In this document: piece after piece, positions 25,040 to 34,930 of the stretch
Numbering within the stretch: the first letter of the stretch is position 1
Layout of the letters: every line of letters starts with the position of its first letter
Virus record (IMG/VR): IMGVR_UViG_3300046167_000724
DNA length: 64,000 bases
Strand: one strand, 5' to 3'
Origin: a virus
Taxonomy: Duplodnaviria; Caudoviricetes
Notes under the pieces: generated by a model
Told to the model about the DNA's origin: nothing
What the model saw: only the letters and a program-made list of their open reading frames with translations
Database searches by the model: none
Position numbers and translations under genes: made by a program

Positions 25040-25270
25040 ATGAAAAGAGTAAAATTATTCGAAGCTTTTACAAAAAGCCAAGGTGAAGAGATTAGCAAAG
25101 ATCAATTTAAGAATATTGCTAAGGGTTCAAACGTTACATATATGGGTGATGATTTTGAAGTTGCAGAGTCAGACGATACACTTCTAATATTAAAGCATAT
25201 AAAGTCTGGTAAAAAGATTCATGTTAATTACAATATGTTTAATAAAAAAGGTGCTATTTCATCTAAATAA
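25040..25270 (+). CDS. Putative internal head protein
   Basis: MKRVKLFEAF. Confidence 0.55.
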   Translation: MKRVKLFEAFTKSQGEEISKDQFKNIAKGSNVTYMGDDFEVAESDDTLLILKHIKSGKKIHVNYNMFNKKGAISSK

Positions 25271-25299
25271 AATTAAAAAACAAATAAATATCTTTACAA

Positions 25300-25307
25300 G
25301 ATATATA
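25300..25307 (+). promoter_or_regulatory. Late promoter motif GATATATA
   Basis: Also at 9859, 25525, 29248, 33084, 37671, 39873, 44896, 50883 and 60101, mostly just upstream of virion genes. Confidence 0.7.
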
Positions 25308-25322
25308 AATAAATAAAATATT

Positions 25323-25514
25323 ATGTATTTTTTAATTATTACATTAACGATTGCCGCGGTTTTATTCATTGATTATAAATTTATTAAATCAAAAAAAACT
25401 AAAACAGTTGGTGCGTCTAAAGACAAGGTTATCGTTGTAGATAAAAGGCCTACTAATATTTCGGTTAATAGAATTACTGATAATATAATTCCCACTAAGG
25501 AAGAAATGGACTAA
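25323..25514 (+). CDS. Small single-transmembrane protein
   Basis: MYFLIITLTIAAVLFI followed by a basic stretch; late motif upstream. Confidence 0.55.
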   Translation: MYFLIITLTIAAVLFIDYKFIKSKKTKTVGASKDKVIVVDKRPTNISVNRITDNIIPTKEEMD

Positions 25515-25553
25515 AATATTATTAGATATATAATAAAATAATAACATATTAAA

Positions 25554-26234
25554 ATGGCTAAATTAAAATCATTCGAAGAGTACGTTGCTGACATTGACAC
25601 GGCTGAAGAAATCGAAAACACAGAAGTTGAAATGGGCGAACCTACGGAAGCAGAAGGTGAAGAAGAAGTTGTTACAGACGAACAAGGTGAAGATGACGTT
25701 GAAGTAAAAGACAATGTTGAAGGTGAAGAAGCCGGTGAAGAAGCTGAAGAACTTGAAGCAGACACTAAAGAAGTTTCATCTGAAGAAGACAAAGGTATTG
25801 TAGATTCAGCTGATGATGAAGCACCATCTGAAGAAGATGCTATGACTGAATCTGAGGATTCTGACGACGAAGATGAAGACGATTCTGACGACGAAGATGA
25901 AGACGATTCTGACGACGAAGATGAAGACGATTCTGTAGAAGTTGTAGCGGTTGCTGAAATGCTTAAAGAGGCATATGAGGCTTGTAAAAACGAAGCTAAA
26001 GTTTGGGAAGAAGATATGCACGATGAGCATACTATTGAATCTTACCTAAAAGAAAATGCGGCATTAGTTGCTATGATGGCAGTTAATACATTAAAAGAAA
26101 TGAAAGAAGACATGACCCTTGAAATGTACGAGGCTACATGTAATGAATTAAAAGAATCTTACGCTAAGAAGATTGACGAGATGAAAGAAGCTTGGTCTGC
26201 TGAAGGTGAAGAGGTTGAAAGCGACGAAGAGTAA
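25554..26234 (+). CDS. Very acidic putative head/prohead core protein
   Basis: MAKLKSFEEYV; long E/D-rich tract; late motif upstream. Confidence 0.6.
   Translation: MAKLKSFEEYVADIDTAEEIENTEVEMGEPTEAEGEEEVVTDEQGEDDVEVKDNVEGEEAGEEAEELEADTKEVSSEEDKGIVDSADDEAPSEEDAMTESEDSDDEDEDDSDDEDEDDSDDEDEDDSVEVVAVAEMLKEAYEACKNEAKVWEEDMHDEHTIESYLKENAALVAMMAVNTLKEMKEDMTLEMYEATCNELKESYAKKIDEMKEAWSAEGEEVESDEE
25857..25934 (+). repeat. In-frame 24-nt tandem repeat (gattctgacgacgaagatgaagac) x3.25 encoding DSDDEDED
   Basis: Three perfect copies read directly. Confidence 0.95.
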
Positions 26235-26264
26235 GCGATTCATAATTTCTTGAAACATTTATTA

Positions 26265-26294
26265 AAGGTCCGTGTATAATATGCACGGACTTTT
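26265..26294 (+). terminator. Terminator hairpin overlapping the TATAAT box of the next promoter
   Basis: gtccgtgtat-aat-atgcacggac followed by tttt. Confidence 0.7.
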
Positions 26295-26303
26295 ATATTT
26301 TAT

Positions 26304-26804
26304 ATGCCTAGATTAAAGATTGAATCAGTGTACATGGAGATTGCATACTCAATTGCGAAACTGAGTTATGCTGAACGACGTAAAGTTGGATGTGTCATTG
26401 TAAAAGACGAACAGATTGTTTCGTTTGGTTACAATGGAACACCCCACGGTTTTGACAATACATGTGAAGAAGAACAGGTTAGATATGTAGATAACCCAGA
26501 CCACTTGCAAATCCTAATAGATAAAGGGTATGATTGTGAAGAAGATTGCTGTAGTAAAACGGTAACCAAGGTTGAGGTGTTACATGCTGAATCGAATGCG
26601 TTGAGTAAATTAGCTAAATCAACCCTGTCATCGGACGGTGCTACGTTATACACAACGACTTCACCATGTTTTGAATGTGCAAAATTAATCATTCAATCAG
26701 GTATTACTAAAGTATATTACAACGAAAGCTACCGAGATATGGGTGGTGTTGAATTATTAAATAAAGCTAACATTGAAGTAATACAAACAAATGTCATTCA
26801 TTAA
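26304..26804 (+). CDS. dCMP deaminase
   Basis: KVGCVIV, GYNGTP, LHAESNA, SPCFECAKLI. Confidence 0.92.
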   Translation: MPRLKIESVYMEIAYSIAKLSYAERRKVGCVIVKDEQIVSFGYNGTPHGFDNTCEEEQVRYVDNPDHLQILIDKGYDCEEDCCSKTVTKVEVLHAESNALSKLAKSTLSSDGATLYTTTSPCFECAKLIIQSGITKVYYNESYRDMGGVELLNKANIEVIQTNVIH

Positions 26805-27000
26805 AAAATATTTGCAACCTGTAGAAGATATTATTGAATCTATAGAATCAAATCCTAAATTATTTTATCTTAACAATATTAAAGTTGATGCCTATATTGG
26901 ACCTTCAAAATCAATGCAATTATTAGATGAATTTATTACAGCGTATCAAGAAGACGATAGTCAAGACTTCTCGAAAATTACCTCAAAATACAAAAACTAA
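26791..27000 (+). CDS. Hypothetical protein
   Basis: ORF in operon. Confidence 0.55.
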   Translation: MSFIKKYLQPVEDIIESIESNPKLFYLNNIKVDAYIGPSKSMQLLDEFITAYQEDDSQDFSKITSKYKN

Positions 27001-27001
27001 A

Positions 27002-27556
27002 ATGGAAGAAACAATCATGGCTAAAGACAGAGAGCTACAAAAGTATCAATGGGTTAAATCAGAAAGAACCACCGAAGTTGTTCAAGTTGCTGAAGAGCAA
27101 CCGGATGCTAATTGGTTATACTTTACAGACGGTACACGTATTAATCCATCTTTAATTAGTGAATTTTTAATGGAGGTTCCGGCTTCAACTAAAATAGGTG
27201 GCTTTATTGATGTTGAGACAAAGCCGCTTCAAACTGGTCCTATTCAAAATGAAGGAAATGTAGTCGCTACAAATTCATCAGACACCATAGTTACACAACA
27301 AGAACCGGTAAAAGAACCAACGGTTATGGGTAAAATGATTATGAAAATGAGCAAAAAGAATGTTGTTAATGTTCCTGTTCAAATTAATATTAATATACCA
27401 ACACCACAATTACATGCAATGTTGTCTGAAGGCATGGAAGATGCGGACTTAAATGAAGAAATCATGGAAGTGGCCCTTCAACAAATTGAGATAAATAAAC
27501 TAAAGGAATACATTACAGCTAATGTATCCGAATTTCTATCAGAATATTATTCATAA
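27002..27556 (+). CDS. Hypothetical protein (start revised to 27002 or 27017)
   Basis: ATG immediately after the upstream stop. Confidence 0.65.
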   Translation: MEETIMAKDRELQKYQWVKSERTTEVVQVAEEQPDANWLYFTDGTRINPSLISEFLMEVPASTKIGGFIDVETKPLQTGPIQNEGNVVATNSSDTIVTQQEPVKEPTVMGKMIMKMSKKNVVNVPVQININIPTPQLHAMLSEGMEDADLNEEIMEVALQQIEINKLKEYITANVSEFLSEYYS

Positions 27557-27568
27557 ATTAAATACAAA

Positions 27569-27919
27569 ATGAACAGAAGTCAAAGAAGATTGCAGTTAAA
27601 ATCTGCTGGAATGTTACGTGTAAAAAACATGTATGGTCCGTTCACTGAAGTTGGTAAACTTTGGTATGCTAAGACCGCAAAAGAAGGTGCTAAATTACAT
27701 TTACAGAATGTAGAGGCTAATGAAAAAAGACAATCTGAATACTTTGCTCAAAAAGAAGCAAGCATTAAAGCATCACATGAAGCTAATGGCTACAGTGCTG
27801 AAAAAGTAGAAGTATTATTAGAAGCTTGGAGATGTACGATTGTTAAAGACAAAGAAACTTATCGTGCTGACCGTAAAGAGTCTATTGCCTTATACCAAAA
27901 GGCGGCTCAAATGAAATAA
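27569..27919 (+). CDS. Hypothetical protein
   Basis: MNRSQRR start, common in phage proteins. Confidence 0.65.
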   Translation: MNRSQRRLQLKSAGMLRVKNMYGPFTEVGKLWYAKTAKEGAKLHLQNVEANEKRQSEYFAQKEASIKASHEANGYSAEKVEVLLEAWRCTIVKDKETYRADRKESIALYQKAAQMK

Positions 27920-27931
27920 GGTATATACACT

Positions 27932-28258
27932 ATGCAAGTAATTACTATTGAAATTGCCGATAATGGTATTATCAAAACTATTGTTGACGATAATATTAAT
28001 GGGGCCGGTGAAAAGTTTGAATCTAAAACAGTTTATGATTTAGAAAGACATGATTCAATAGACAGTAAAATTGAATTATTGTGGACACTTGCTGAAGACA
28101 TGGGTGTAGATTTAGGTAATTCCAAACAAGCTGAACAAATTAAAATTATCAGTGAATGGGGTGAAAACTATACACCTTCTAAAAAAGAGGCAACTGAAGC
28201 TATTAAAGAATTACAAAATAATATTGATAGCCTTCAAAAGATTGTTGATGCTAAGTAA
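27932..28258 (+). CDS. Hypothetical protein
   Basis: ORF in operon. Confidence 0.65.
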   Translation: MQVITIEIADNGIIKTIVDDNINGAGEKFESKTVYDLERHDSIDSKIELLWTLAEDMGVDLGNSKQAEQIKIISEWGENYTPSKKEATEAIKELQNNIDSLQKIVDAK

Positions 28259-28668
28259 TGAATATTAAAATAGAATGTATTTGGTGTAATAGTAAAATGG
28301 AATTTAACCGCTATGTGAGAAACTACGGTGCACCCAGCTATACCATAAATTACATCGATATTTCTAATAAATTAATGAAGGCCGATAAGTCTATCAGAAA
28401 ACCGTCTGACAGATTAATCGGTCTTCATATTCATAGTCAATTAAAAATGTATAATTCTAAATTAGATAAATTTGAAAATCACCCCAAAGTTATTGTGTAT
28501 CTAATTAAAAACCTTAATAAACAAACAATTTCAGGATTGAGAAGTACACTTGATAATGTATTGGAAAGCCATGAGATTGATATTGATCTAACGGTTATCA
28601 ATAGAACTGACTTTCCAACAAAAGGTGTACTTAGCCAATTCGGTTCGGTTAAGTTCATCGACACATGA
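28258..28668 (+). CDS. Hypothetical protein
   Basis: TAATG coupling. Confidence 0.65.
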   Translation: MNIKIECIWCNSKMEFNRYVRNYGAPSYTINYIDISNKLMKADKSIRKPSDRLIGLHIHSQLKMYNSKLDKFENHPKVIVYLIKNLNKQTISGLRSTLDNVLESHEIDIDLTVINRTDFPTKGVLSQFGSVKFIDT

Positions 28669-29249
28669 TACATCACAGATTATTCCCTAAGGGCGAATAC
28701 TGTCATGCATTAATCGCTTCAAAATCCAACCCCAATATTTTATTTCAAGTTCGAGGTCTTATCTATGACGTTAAGATGGACGAACATAACCCACAATACC
28801 TTATAAAGATTATAAAGTTTTATGATGACTTAAACTTTATTAAACGTCACTTTATTGGGGAGCGCTTCCAGAAAGATTTTTCAGGACATGACTTTCATTT
28901 TAAAATGAAGCGTAGTCAATTTCAAACCCGCGAAGAGTTTGAAAAATATATGAGCAAAGATAAGTATATGCTTGTTGCTGATTCAGTTATGTGTACAAAG
29001 ACACTCGGTGACTCCACTGTGTTGTACAACACTATCCAATCATTTATAATAGAGAAGTCCATACGTGACATCTATGACGCATCTACTAGAGCACAATACA
29101 GAACAGGTAAATATCACTTTAATAATCAAGACGAATTTAAAACATCACTTAAAAAATTCTTAAAGGGTAAAGTTGATGTTACTGAAGAATACCTAGATGA
29201 TTTATTAAGTAGACCTTCTTTTAATGATTTAGATGATATTAAAGCCTGA
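28665..29249 (+). CDS. Hypothetical protein
   Basis: ATGA overlap with the upstream ORF. Confidence 0.65.
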   Translation: MIHHRLFPKGEYCHALIASKSNPNILFQVRGLIYDVKMDEHNPQYLIKIIKFYDDLNFIKRHFIGERFQKDFSGHDFHFKMKRSQFQTREEFEKYMSKDKYMLVADSVMCTKTLGDSTVLYNTIQSFIIEKSIRDIYDASTRAQYRTGKYHFNNQDEFKTSLKKFLKGKVDVTEEYLDDLLSRPSFNDLDDIKA

Positions 29250-29277
29250 TATATAGTATAAATAATTATATCAATAG

Positions 29278-31110
29278 ATGAGTTCAGAAAAGAGCTGGTG
29301 GGATAATGCTGCAGATTCAATAAATCAATTGACTGGAGATTCTAAAGAATTTGTTAAGGATTCTCAAGATGCGGTTAAAAATTCAAAAGATGCTAAAAAT
29401 ATTACTAGTCAATTTGATAACCTTATTGATCAATCATCTGGTGGTGTTACTAGATTTTATGATGCTTTAACCGGTCAAGTTGTTGAAGGTCAAGCTGCCG
29501 AAAAAATTAAAACTATTAAAGCCTCTATTAAGGGGCCTACATCTGTAAGTACAAATACAATAAACCCAACATCTGTTGAACCTATTGTTGGTTCTATTAA
29601 CCCAATATATACTGGTTTAGGTGATGCTGAAAGTTATACAATAGAAACTGCAGGTAAAGCTAATAGTGGTAATAGTACTGATAGTGCTGGTACTTTAGTA
29701 CCGGGTCCCAAGCAGATTCCATTTTCTTTATTCAATCACTGGTCACTTATGAACTACAAGGGTGGACCGCTTGATAATTTAGATAAGGAGGCCTACAACG
29801 CCCCGCTATTTGCCGGCGCTGATAAAATTGAATATAGAAACCCGACAGCTACAAAAATTATACAAACATTAAATGAAAAAGACCACCCTGGTTACAAATA
29901 TTCATTTTCTGATTTTGCATTAGCTAAATATTACGGTAAAATATCAAACAACTTCATGGTAACTCTTAGAAGATTTCCTATGCCGGTTGAAGATGATATT
30001 ATTAATCCTAGAATTTTAGGACCTGATGGTAAATCTATTGTTGATAATGCAATGCCTGATTTAGCAAGAGCTGTAACGTGGATGTCTGAAACTACTGGTA
30101 ATAAACTAAATGATTTATTAAAGTTTGATGTAAGTACCACTTGGAAAGAAGTTGAATCTGCAATTCAAGAAAGAAGCGGCGGTGGTGAAGGTGGTGCTTT
30201 AGGTAGCGCAATTGGCGGTAACTTTTTTGCATCAGCGGCTGTTGGTGCTGCAAACGGTATGGATGCACAAGGCGTTGCTAATGCTAAAAGTGGATATGAT
30301 GCAACCAAAGGTACTTATCCAAATCACATTTTTGGGCCTATTAATGTTATTAAAAAGGTATCTATCCGTGACGCTGGTTTAAACTTCACAGGGGATATGG
30401 AACTTACATTTCATTATAGCCTAAGACAGCTTGAAGGTGTTTCACCTAAAATCGCGTTCTTAGATATGCTATCAAATATGTTAGTTCTTACATATAATAA
30501 TGGTAATTTCTGGGGTGGTTCATCAAGGTATGTTGGCGGTTCTGGTAAAATGTCTAGGCCGTTTGGTGACTTTAGTAAATTAAAGTCTGGTAATTTTGGT
30601 GAATTCTTAGGTTCAATCGTTGGTGACATTGCTGGTGCTGCTGGTAATATGTTAAATGATATAAAAGAGAATGGTCTTACTGGTTCTAAACTTGGTAAAA
30701 ACCTTATTGGTGGTGGTCTTATGAAATTATTCGGAACACCACAGGGTTCTGAAGCACTTAATGCTTTTTTAACAGGTGACCCAACCGGTCAATACCATGT
30801 TACTATTGGTAATCCATTAAACCCTATTGCAGTTATTGGTAATTTATATTGTGATAAGGCTGATTTCCAATTTGGTGGTGAACTATCTTATGAAGGTTTC
30901 CCAACAGAACTTACAGTTAAAGTTTCACTTAAACCGGCTAGACCAAGGGATAAAGCTGATATCGAAAGAATGTTTAATGGTGGAAGACAAAGAATGTATC
31001 TAACACCTGAAAATGGTGTTAACACTAATAACAGTACAAATACATCAGCATACGGTAATGCGGATAGCCCAGAACAGGCTGACATATATAGAAAAATGAC
31101 TGGAGGATAA
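29278..31110 (+). CDS. Tail/baseplate protein (gp48-like tail tube cap, tentative)
   Basis: First gene of the baseplate cluster, late motif upstream, Gly-rich linkers between tube-like beta segments. Confidence 0.45.
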   Translation: MSSEKSWWDNAADSINQLTGDSKEFVKDSQDAVKNSKDAKNITSQFDNLIDQSSGGVTRFYDALTGQVVEGQAAEKIKTIKASIKGPTSVSTNTINPTSVEPIVGSINPIYTGLGDAESYTIETAGKANSGNSTDSAGTLVPGPKQIPFSLFNHWSLMNYKGGPLDNLDKEAYNAPLFAGADKIEYRNPTATKIIQTLNEKDHPGYKYSFSDFALAKYYGKISNNFMVTLRRFPMPVEDDIINPRILGPDGKSIVDNAMPDLARAVTWMSETTGNKLNDLLKFDVSTTWKEVESAIQERSGGGEGGALGSAIGGNFFASAAVGAANGMDAQGVANAKSGYDATKGTYPNHIFGPINVIKKVSIRDAGLNFTGDMELTFHYSLRQLEGVSPKIAFLDMLSNMLVLTYNNGNFWGGSSRYVGGSGKMSRPFGDFSKLKSGNFGEFLGSIVGDIAGAAGNMLNDIKENGLTGSKLGKNLIGGGLMKLFGTPQGSEALNAFLTGDPTGQYHVTIGNPLNPIAVIGNLYCDKADFQFGGELSYEGFPTELTVKVSLKPARPRDKADIERMFNGGRQRMYLTPENGVNTNNSTNTSAYGNADSPEQADIYRKMTGG

Positions 31111-31595
31111 TGGATTTTAAATCATTACATAATAAAAATATAGTTGACGGTAAAGTTATAATGACTGAACCATCAATGCTATTTATCGACCTTCAAGATG
31201 TTGATACAATAGTTGAACATGTTATTGATGGTGACCAAGCTGGTAGACCCGACCTAATAGCGCTTAAGTACTATAGCGACCAATCATTAACCGATATGCT
31301 TTTAAAATTTAATGGCGTATCTAATCCATTTTCTTTAAACCAAGGTGACATTATTGATGTTCCAGTTAATCAGGAAAGATTTAAAAAGTTTATTAAACCT
31401 AAAAGGAATAATGATGAAACTCAAAAAGAAAAGTTCTTAAAGCAACGTAGAATGACTGAAAAAGATAAGAAGCGTTTTGAGTTCCTACAGTCACTCGCAC
31501 AAGTTGAAGCACTTCCACCAAATAGACTTAAGACTGGTCAAACTAATAAAGATATATCTGGTGTTATTACTGATTTAAATCCTAGTCAATCTTAA
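31110..31595 (+). CDS. Baseplate wedge protein gp53-like (LysM-like)
   Basis: GRPDLIALKYYSD...LLKFNGVSNPF. Confidence 0.7.
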   Translation: MDFKSLHNKNIVDGKVIMTEPSMLFIDLQDVDTIVEHVIDGDQAGRPDLIALKYYSDQSLTDMLLKFNGVSNPFSLNQGDIIDVPVNQERFKKFIKPKRNNDETQKEKFLKQRRMTEKDKKRFEFLQSLAQVEALPPNRLKTGQTNKDISGVITDLNPSQS

Positions 31596-31597
31596 TT

Positions 31598-33085
31598 ATG
31601 GCATTAAATAGTCATGTATATACAATACTCGAACCTAGCATTAAACTAGACGAGATGAAATTACCAGGTGCTGGTGAAAGACATACAGGTGATGGCTTTT
31701 CTGACATGAGTGGTGGTCCCGAACCATACATAAAAGTTAATGATTATCCATTTGCGCCAAAAGACATATTAAAATTTACATTAGACTTAAATAGTAAATA
31801 TCCAGAAGTAACTGCAATGCTTTCTGATAGCCAGAACTTTTTTACAGTTGATAGGTTTCCAAGAGATGGTGATTTATTAAATATTAGAATACAACTGGAT
31901 GAGGCTGGTACATATAAAGATATCAGAATGGACTTTACTATTTTAGAATTCAGGGGACTACCAGCATCATCAACTGAAAAAGTAGATGGTGGTCAAATTT
32001 ATAATGTTAGGGGTATTGCTAAAATACCTGGTATGTATACCGATGAATGTAAATCATATGGTGAGGGTTCTTCAATTGATCATATAAAAGCGGTTGCAAC
32101 TGATTTAAAATTAGGACTTGCAACAAATATAAGCGACACTAAAGATACAATGCGTAGATTTTGTGCATACCAAACTAAACTTGAAATGCTTTCGAATACT
32201 GTATTACATTCGTATTTAGATGATAACTCATTTCAAACATATTCGATTGACCCGTATTATTACATTAATTTTGTTGACATTCAAAAAATAATGAATGCAC
32301 CTGAAGATATTGAAATACACGAATACATTACTAATAAAATGTTTCACGAAAGAGGGACAGACCCTACAACTGGTGCTGGTGAAGTTGAATCACAATTAAT
32401 ACTTACGAATCATCATTTGGCTAGTGGTGGTAACACTAGTATTGAAAGATATAATCTTATTAATAATTCTACTAAAATAGCTTTAGAGAATGGTTATAAA
32501 AGAAAGATGCAATATTTTGATTATGACGGAAGTGTTGGCAAAGACCTTATTGAATTTGATGTTGAATCATTAGTTGGTGATAATATTAAAGATCATGAAG
32601 AAGCTTTGAAGGGTCGTAGAAATTCTGAAGTTGACGAATACAATACTCATATAAAACAAAAATATGTTGGTATTCAAAGCGATAGTGTTCATGATAATTA
32701 TAAATTTGCTGCAATTAATAACATTCAAAATTTAATAGAGTTGGACAAGATGTATTTAGAAGTTCATCTTGAGGGTATGAATCCAGCTTTATATCGTTAT
32801 ATGAAAGTTCCTGTAAATATTTTTAATTATGGTGAAGTGAACGGTGATGTTACTGAAAGTATTAACAAAGAAAAGCGAGAAGGTGATTTTGATGTTAAAG
32901 CCGATGATACTAAAAATGAAAATGACGTTAATGAAAATGATATCTCATCATTTACACTAGATGAATTCTTATCAGCACATTATATTATACTTGGTATAAA
33001 ATATTTGTATGACGCTGAATTGGGTTATTCACAGACTCTTAAATTAGGGCGTAGGGAATGGCCGGCGAGATTAAACAATATTTGA
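31598..33085 (+). CDS. Baseplate hub protein (gp27-like, tentative)
   Basis: Position between gp53-like and gp5-like genes; size; C-terminal FLSAHYIILGIKY...QTLKLGRREW. Confidence 0.5.
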   Translation: MALNSHVYTILEPSIKLDEMKLPGAGERHTGDGFSDMSGGPEPYIKVNDYPFAPKDILKFTLDLNSKYPEVTAMLSDSQNFFTVDRFPRDGDLLNIRIQLDEAGTYKDIRMDFTILEFRGLPASSTEKVDGGQIYNVRGIAKIPGMYTDECKSYGEGSSIDHIKAVATDLKLGLATNISDTKDTMRRFCAYQTKLEMLSNTVLHSYLDDNSFQTYSIDPYYYINFVDIQKIMNAPEDIEIHEYITNKMFHERGTDPTTGAGEVESQLILTNHHLASGGNTSIERYNLINNSTKIALENGYKRKMQYFDYDGSVGKDLIEFDVESLVGDNIKDHEEALKGRRNSEVDEYNTHIKQKYVGIQSDSVHDNYKFAAINNIQNLIELDKMYLEVHLEGMNPALYRYMKVPVNIFNYGEVNGDVTESINKEKREGDFDVKADDTKNENDVNENDISSFTLDEFLSAHYIILGIKYLYDAELGYSQTLKLGRREWPARLNNI

Positions 33086-33095
33086 TATATAAATA

Positions 33096-34253
33096 ATGGC
33101 AGATAATACTAGATATAATTTTACTAAAGGGATGTTAAGAACATCCGCTAAAAACCCATATCAAGACCCTACGTTTTTAACGTTTACTTTAAAGTTTGAT
33201 ATGCTAAGCCCTTTATTTAATAAAGATGTTGCGGTTAAATCTTTACGTGAACAATATAAGGAAGAAACTAAAGCAACTCAGCTAGAAAAGTTTATTAGTA
33301 CACTAACATTAATTAATAAAGAAATGCCATGGTATTTTAAATCAATTAGTGGTATAGATGCTGCTTTTGATATTGATATGTTAGAACCATATTTGGGCGG
33401 TGACGATAAAAAACTAGAAATAGAATGTAATGAATCTATTAATCTTGCAATTACAGGTTTGATGGATTTGTATAGAGAAGCTGTTTATAACCTAGACGGT
33501 TGGACACAAGTTCTTCCAGAAAATTATAAAAGATTCAATATGTATGTTATTGTTTCTGAAGTTAGAAATATACAAACAGTTAAAAATAATAAGAGTGGTA
33601 AAGAAGTTAATATAAACGATGAAATCACAGCTGATTCAAAACCAATGTTTATGTTTAAATATAAATCTTGTAAATTTGATATTACGTCTGGTAAAGAAAC
33701 TTTCTCATCATTAAGTTCAGCAGAGCCATCAAGCCCACAACCTAAAATTAGAATAAAATACGAATCTATTAAAAAGTTTAATGCTACTTATTTAAATGGT
33801 ATATCTGACATAACATTAGATGGCAGTCCAGGTGTTGGTACTGAAGATAAAAAGCCAACATTTAGCGAAAGGGGTTTAAGTGCACTTGATGATGCGCTAC
33901 AAACTGTAAGTGATGGTATTACAAATTTTAATCCTATTAATGAACTGACAAGGCCAAATAATGTATATGGTTCAATATTTGATCAAGCTTTTCAAAGGGC
34001 CGTTGGTGAAGTAGATGATATTGCAGGTGGTATTAGCAGAATACCTAATAATTTATTTAAGGACGGTTTAAGTGCTGCGGAAAATGAAGTACAAAGTTTA
34101 ATTAAAAGTGCTAAAGCAAATATATTTGGTATTGAACCAGGTTCAACTTTAGGTGCCGCTTTGAAACAGGGCTCGATCAATTCTATATTTCCAGATATTC
34201 AACAAATTAGTTTATTTAAAAATAAAAATAATTTAGGCAACATTAATAAATAA
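33096..34253 (+). CDS. Tail tube initiator-like protein (gp54/gp19 fold, tentative)
   Basis: PWYFKSISG...LEIECNES...GLMDLYRE pattern; late motif upstream. Confidence 0.45.
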   Translation: MADNTRYNFTKGMLRTSAKNPYQDPTFLTFTLKFDMLSPLFNKDVAVKSLREQYKEETKATQLEKFISTLTLINKEMPWYFKSISGIDAAFDIDMLEPYLGGDDKKLEIECNESINLAITGLMDLYREAVYNLDGWTQVLPENYKRFNMYVIVSEVRNIQTVKNNKSGKEVNINDEITADSKPMFMFKYKSCKFDITSGKETFSSLSSAEPSSPQPKIRIKYESIKKFNATYLNGISDITLDGSPGVGTEDKKPTFSERGLSALDDALQTVSDGITNFNPINELTRPNNVYGSIFDQAFQRAVGEVDDIAGGISRIPNNLFKDGLSAAENEVQSLIKSAKANIFGIEPGSTLGAALKQGSINSIFPDIQQISLFKNKNNLGNINK

Positions 34254-34921
34254 TGGAACGTAAGGAACTTTTTAAAGATAATTTAAGGGATTCCCATTGG
34301 TTAGGTGAAGTTGTAGATGTACAAGACCCGAATGGTAAAGGTAGATGTAGAATTAAAGTTTATGGCAAATTTGATTTACTTGAAACTGAAGATATACCTT
34401 GGGCTACTCCTGCTAATAATCAAATCACTGGTTCAATGTCAGTACCAAATGTTGGTGACGTTGTAGCAATCTATTTTGATAATGGCGACGTGTATACTCC
34501 TGTTTATAAAAACTCACCAAGAATTGATAGTACTTTTAAAGCTGACGTATTAGACGTTACGGGTACACCAGAGCTAACGACTTCATTAGTTTATGATACT
34601 ACTAAGGGTGTTAAGATTTACCATACACAAGAAGATGGTTTAATTATATCAACGGGTGATGGTGTTGAAGCTGACCCTGCAATTAGGGTTAGTAATGATG
34701 GCAAAATTTATTTATATGCTAATGATATTTTTATTGCTAGTTCATTTGGAGACGAATCAGAACCTGCGGTAAAGGGGCAAACACTTACAGACTTGTTAAG
34801 TGATATGCTTAATGTTATTAAAGAACATACACACGTCAATGCAGGACCTGTAAATCCATTAAATGTAATTGACCTGGCGCTTATGCAACAAACAATTGAT
34901 TCAATTAAACAAGAGTCTTAA
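34253..34921 (+). CDS. Baseplate spike gp5/VgrG-like (OB-fold plus beta-helix, no lysozyme domain)
   Basis: WLGEVVDVQDPNGKGRCRIKVYG, IPWATP, VPNVGDVVAIYFDNGD, HTH near the C-terminus. Confidence 0.8.
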   Translation: MERKELFKDNLRDSHWLGEVVDVQDPNGKGRCRIKVYGKFDLLETEDIPWATPANNQITGSMSVPNVGDVVAIYFDNGDVYTPVYKNSPRIDSTFKADVLDVTGTPELTTSLVYDTTKGVKIYHTQEDGLIISTGDGVEADPAIRVSNDGKIYLYANDIFIASSFGDESEPAVKGQTLTDLLSDMLNVIKEHTHVNAGPVNPLNVIDLALMQQTIDSIKQES

Positions 34922-34930
34922 TAATTTATT

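Noticed and set aside
26440-26560. Extra Cys/acidic segment in dCMP deaminase as a possible intein or intron
   Set aside because: Only ~30 aa, in frame, with no splicing motifs; loop insertions here are known in phage dCMP deaminases.
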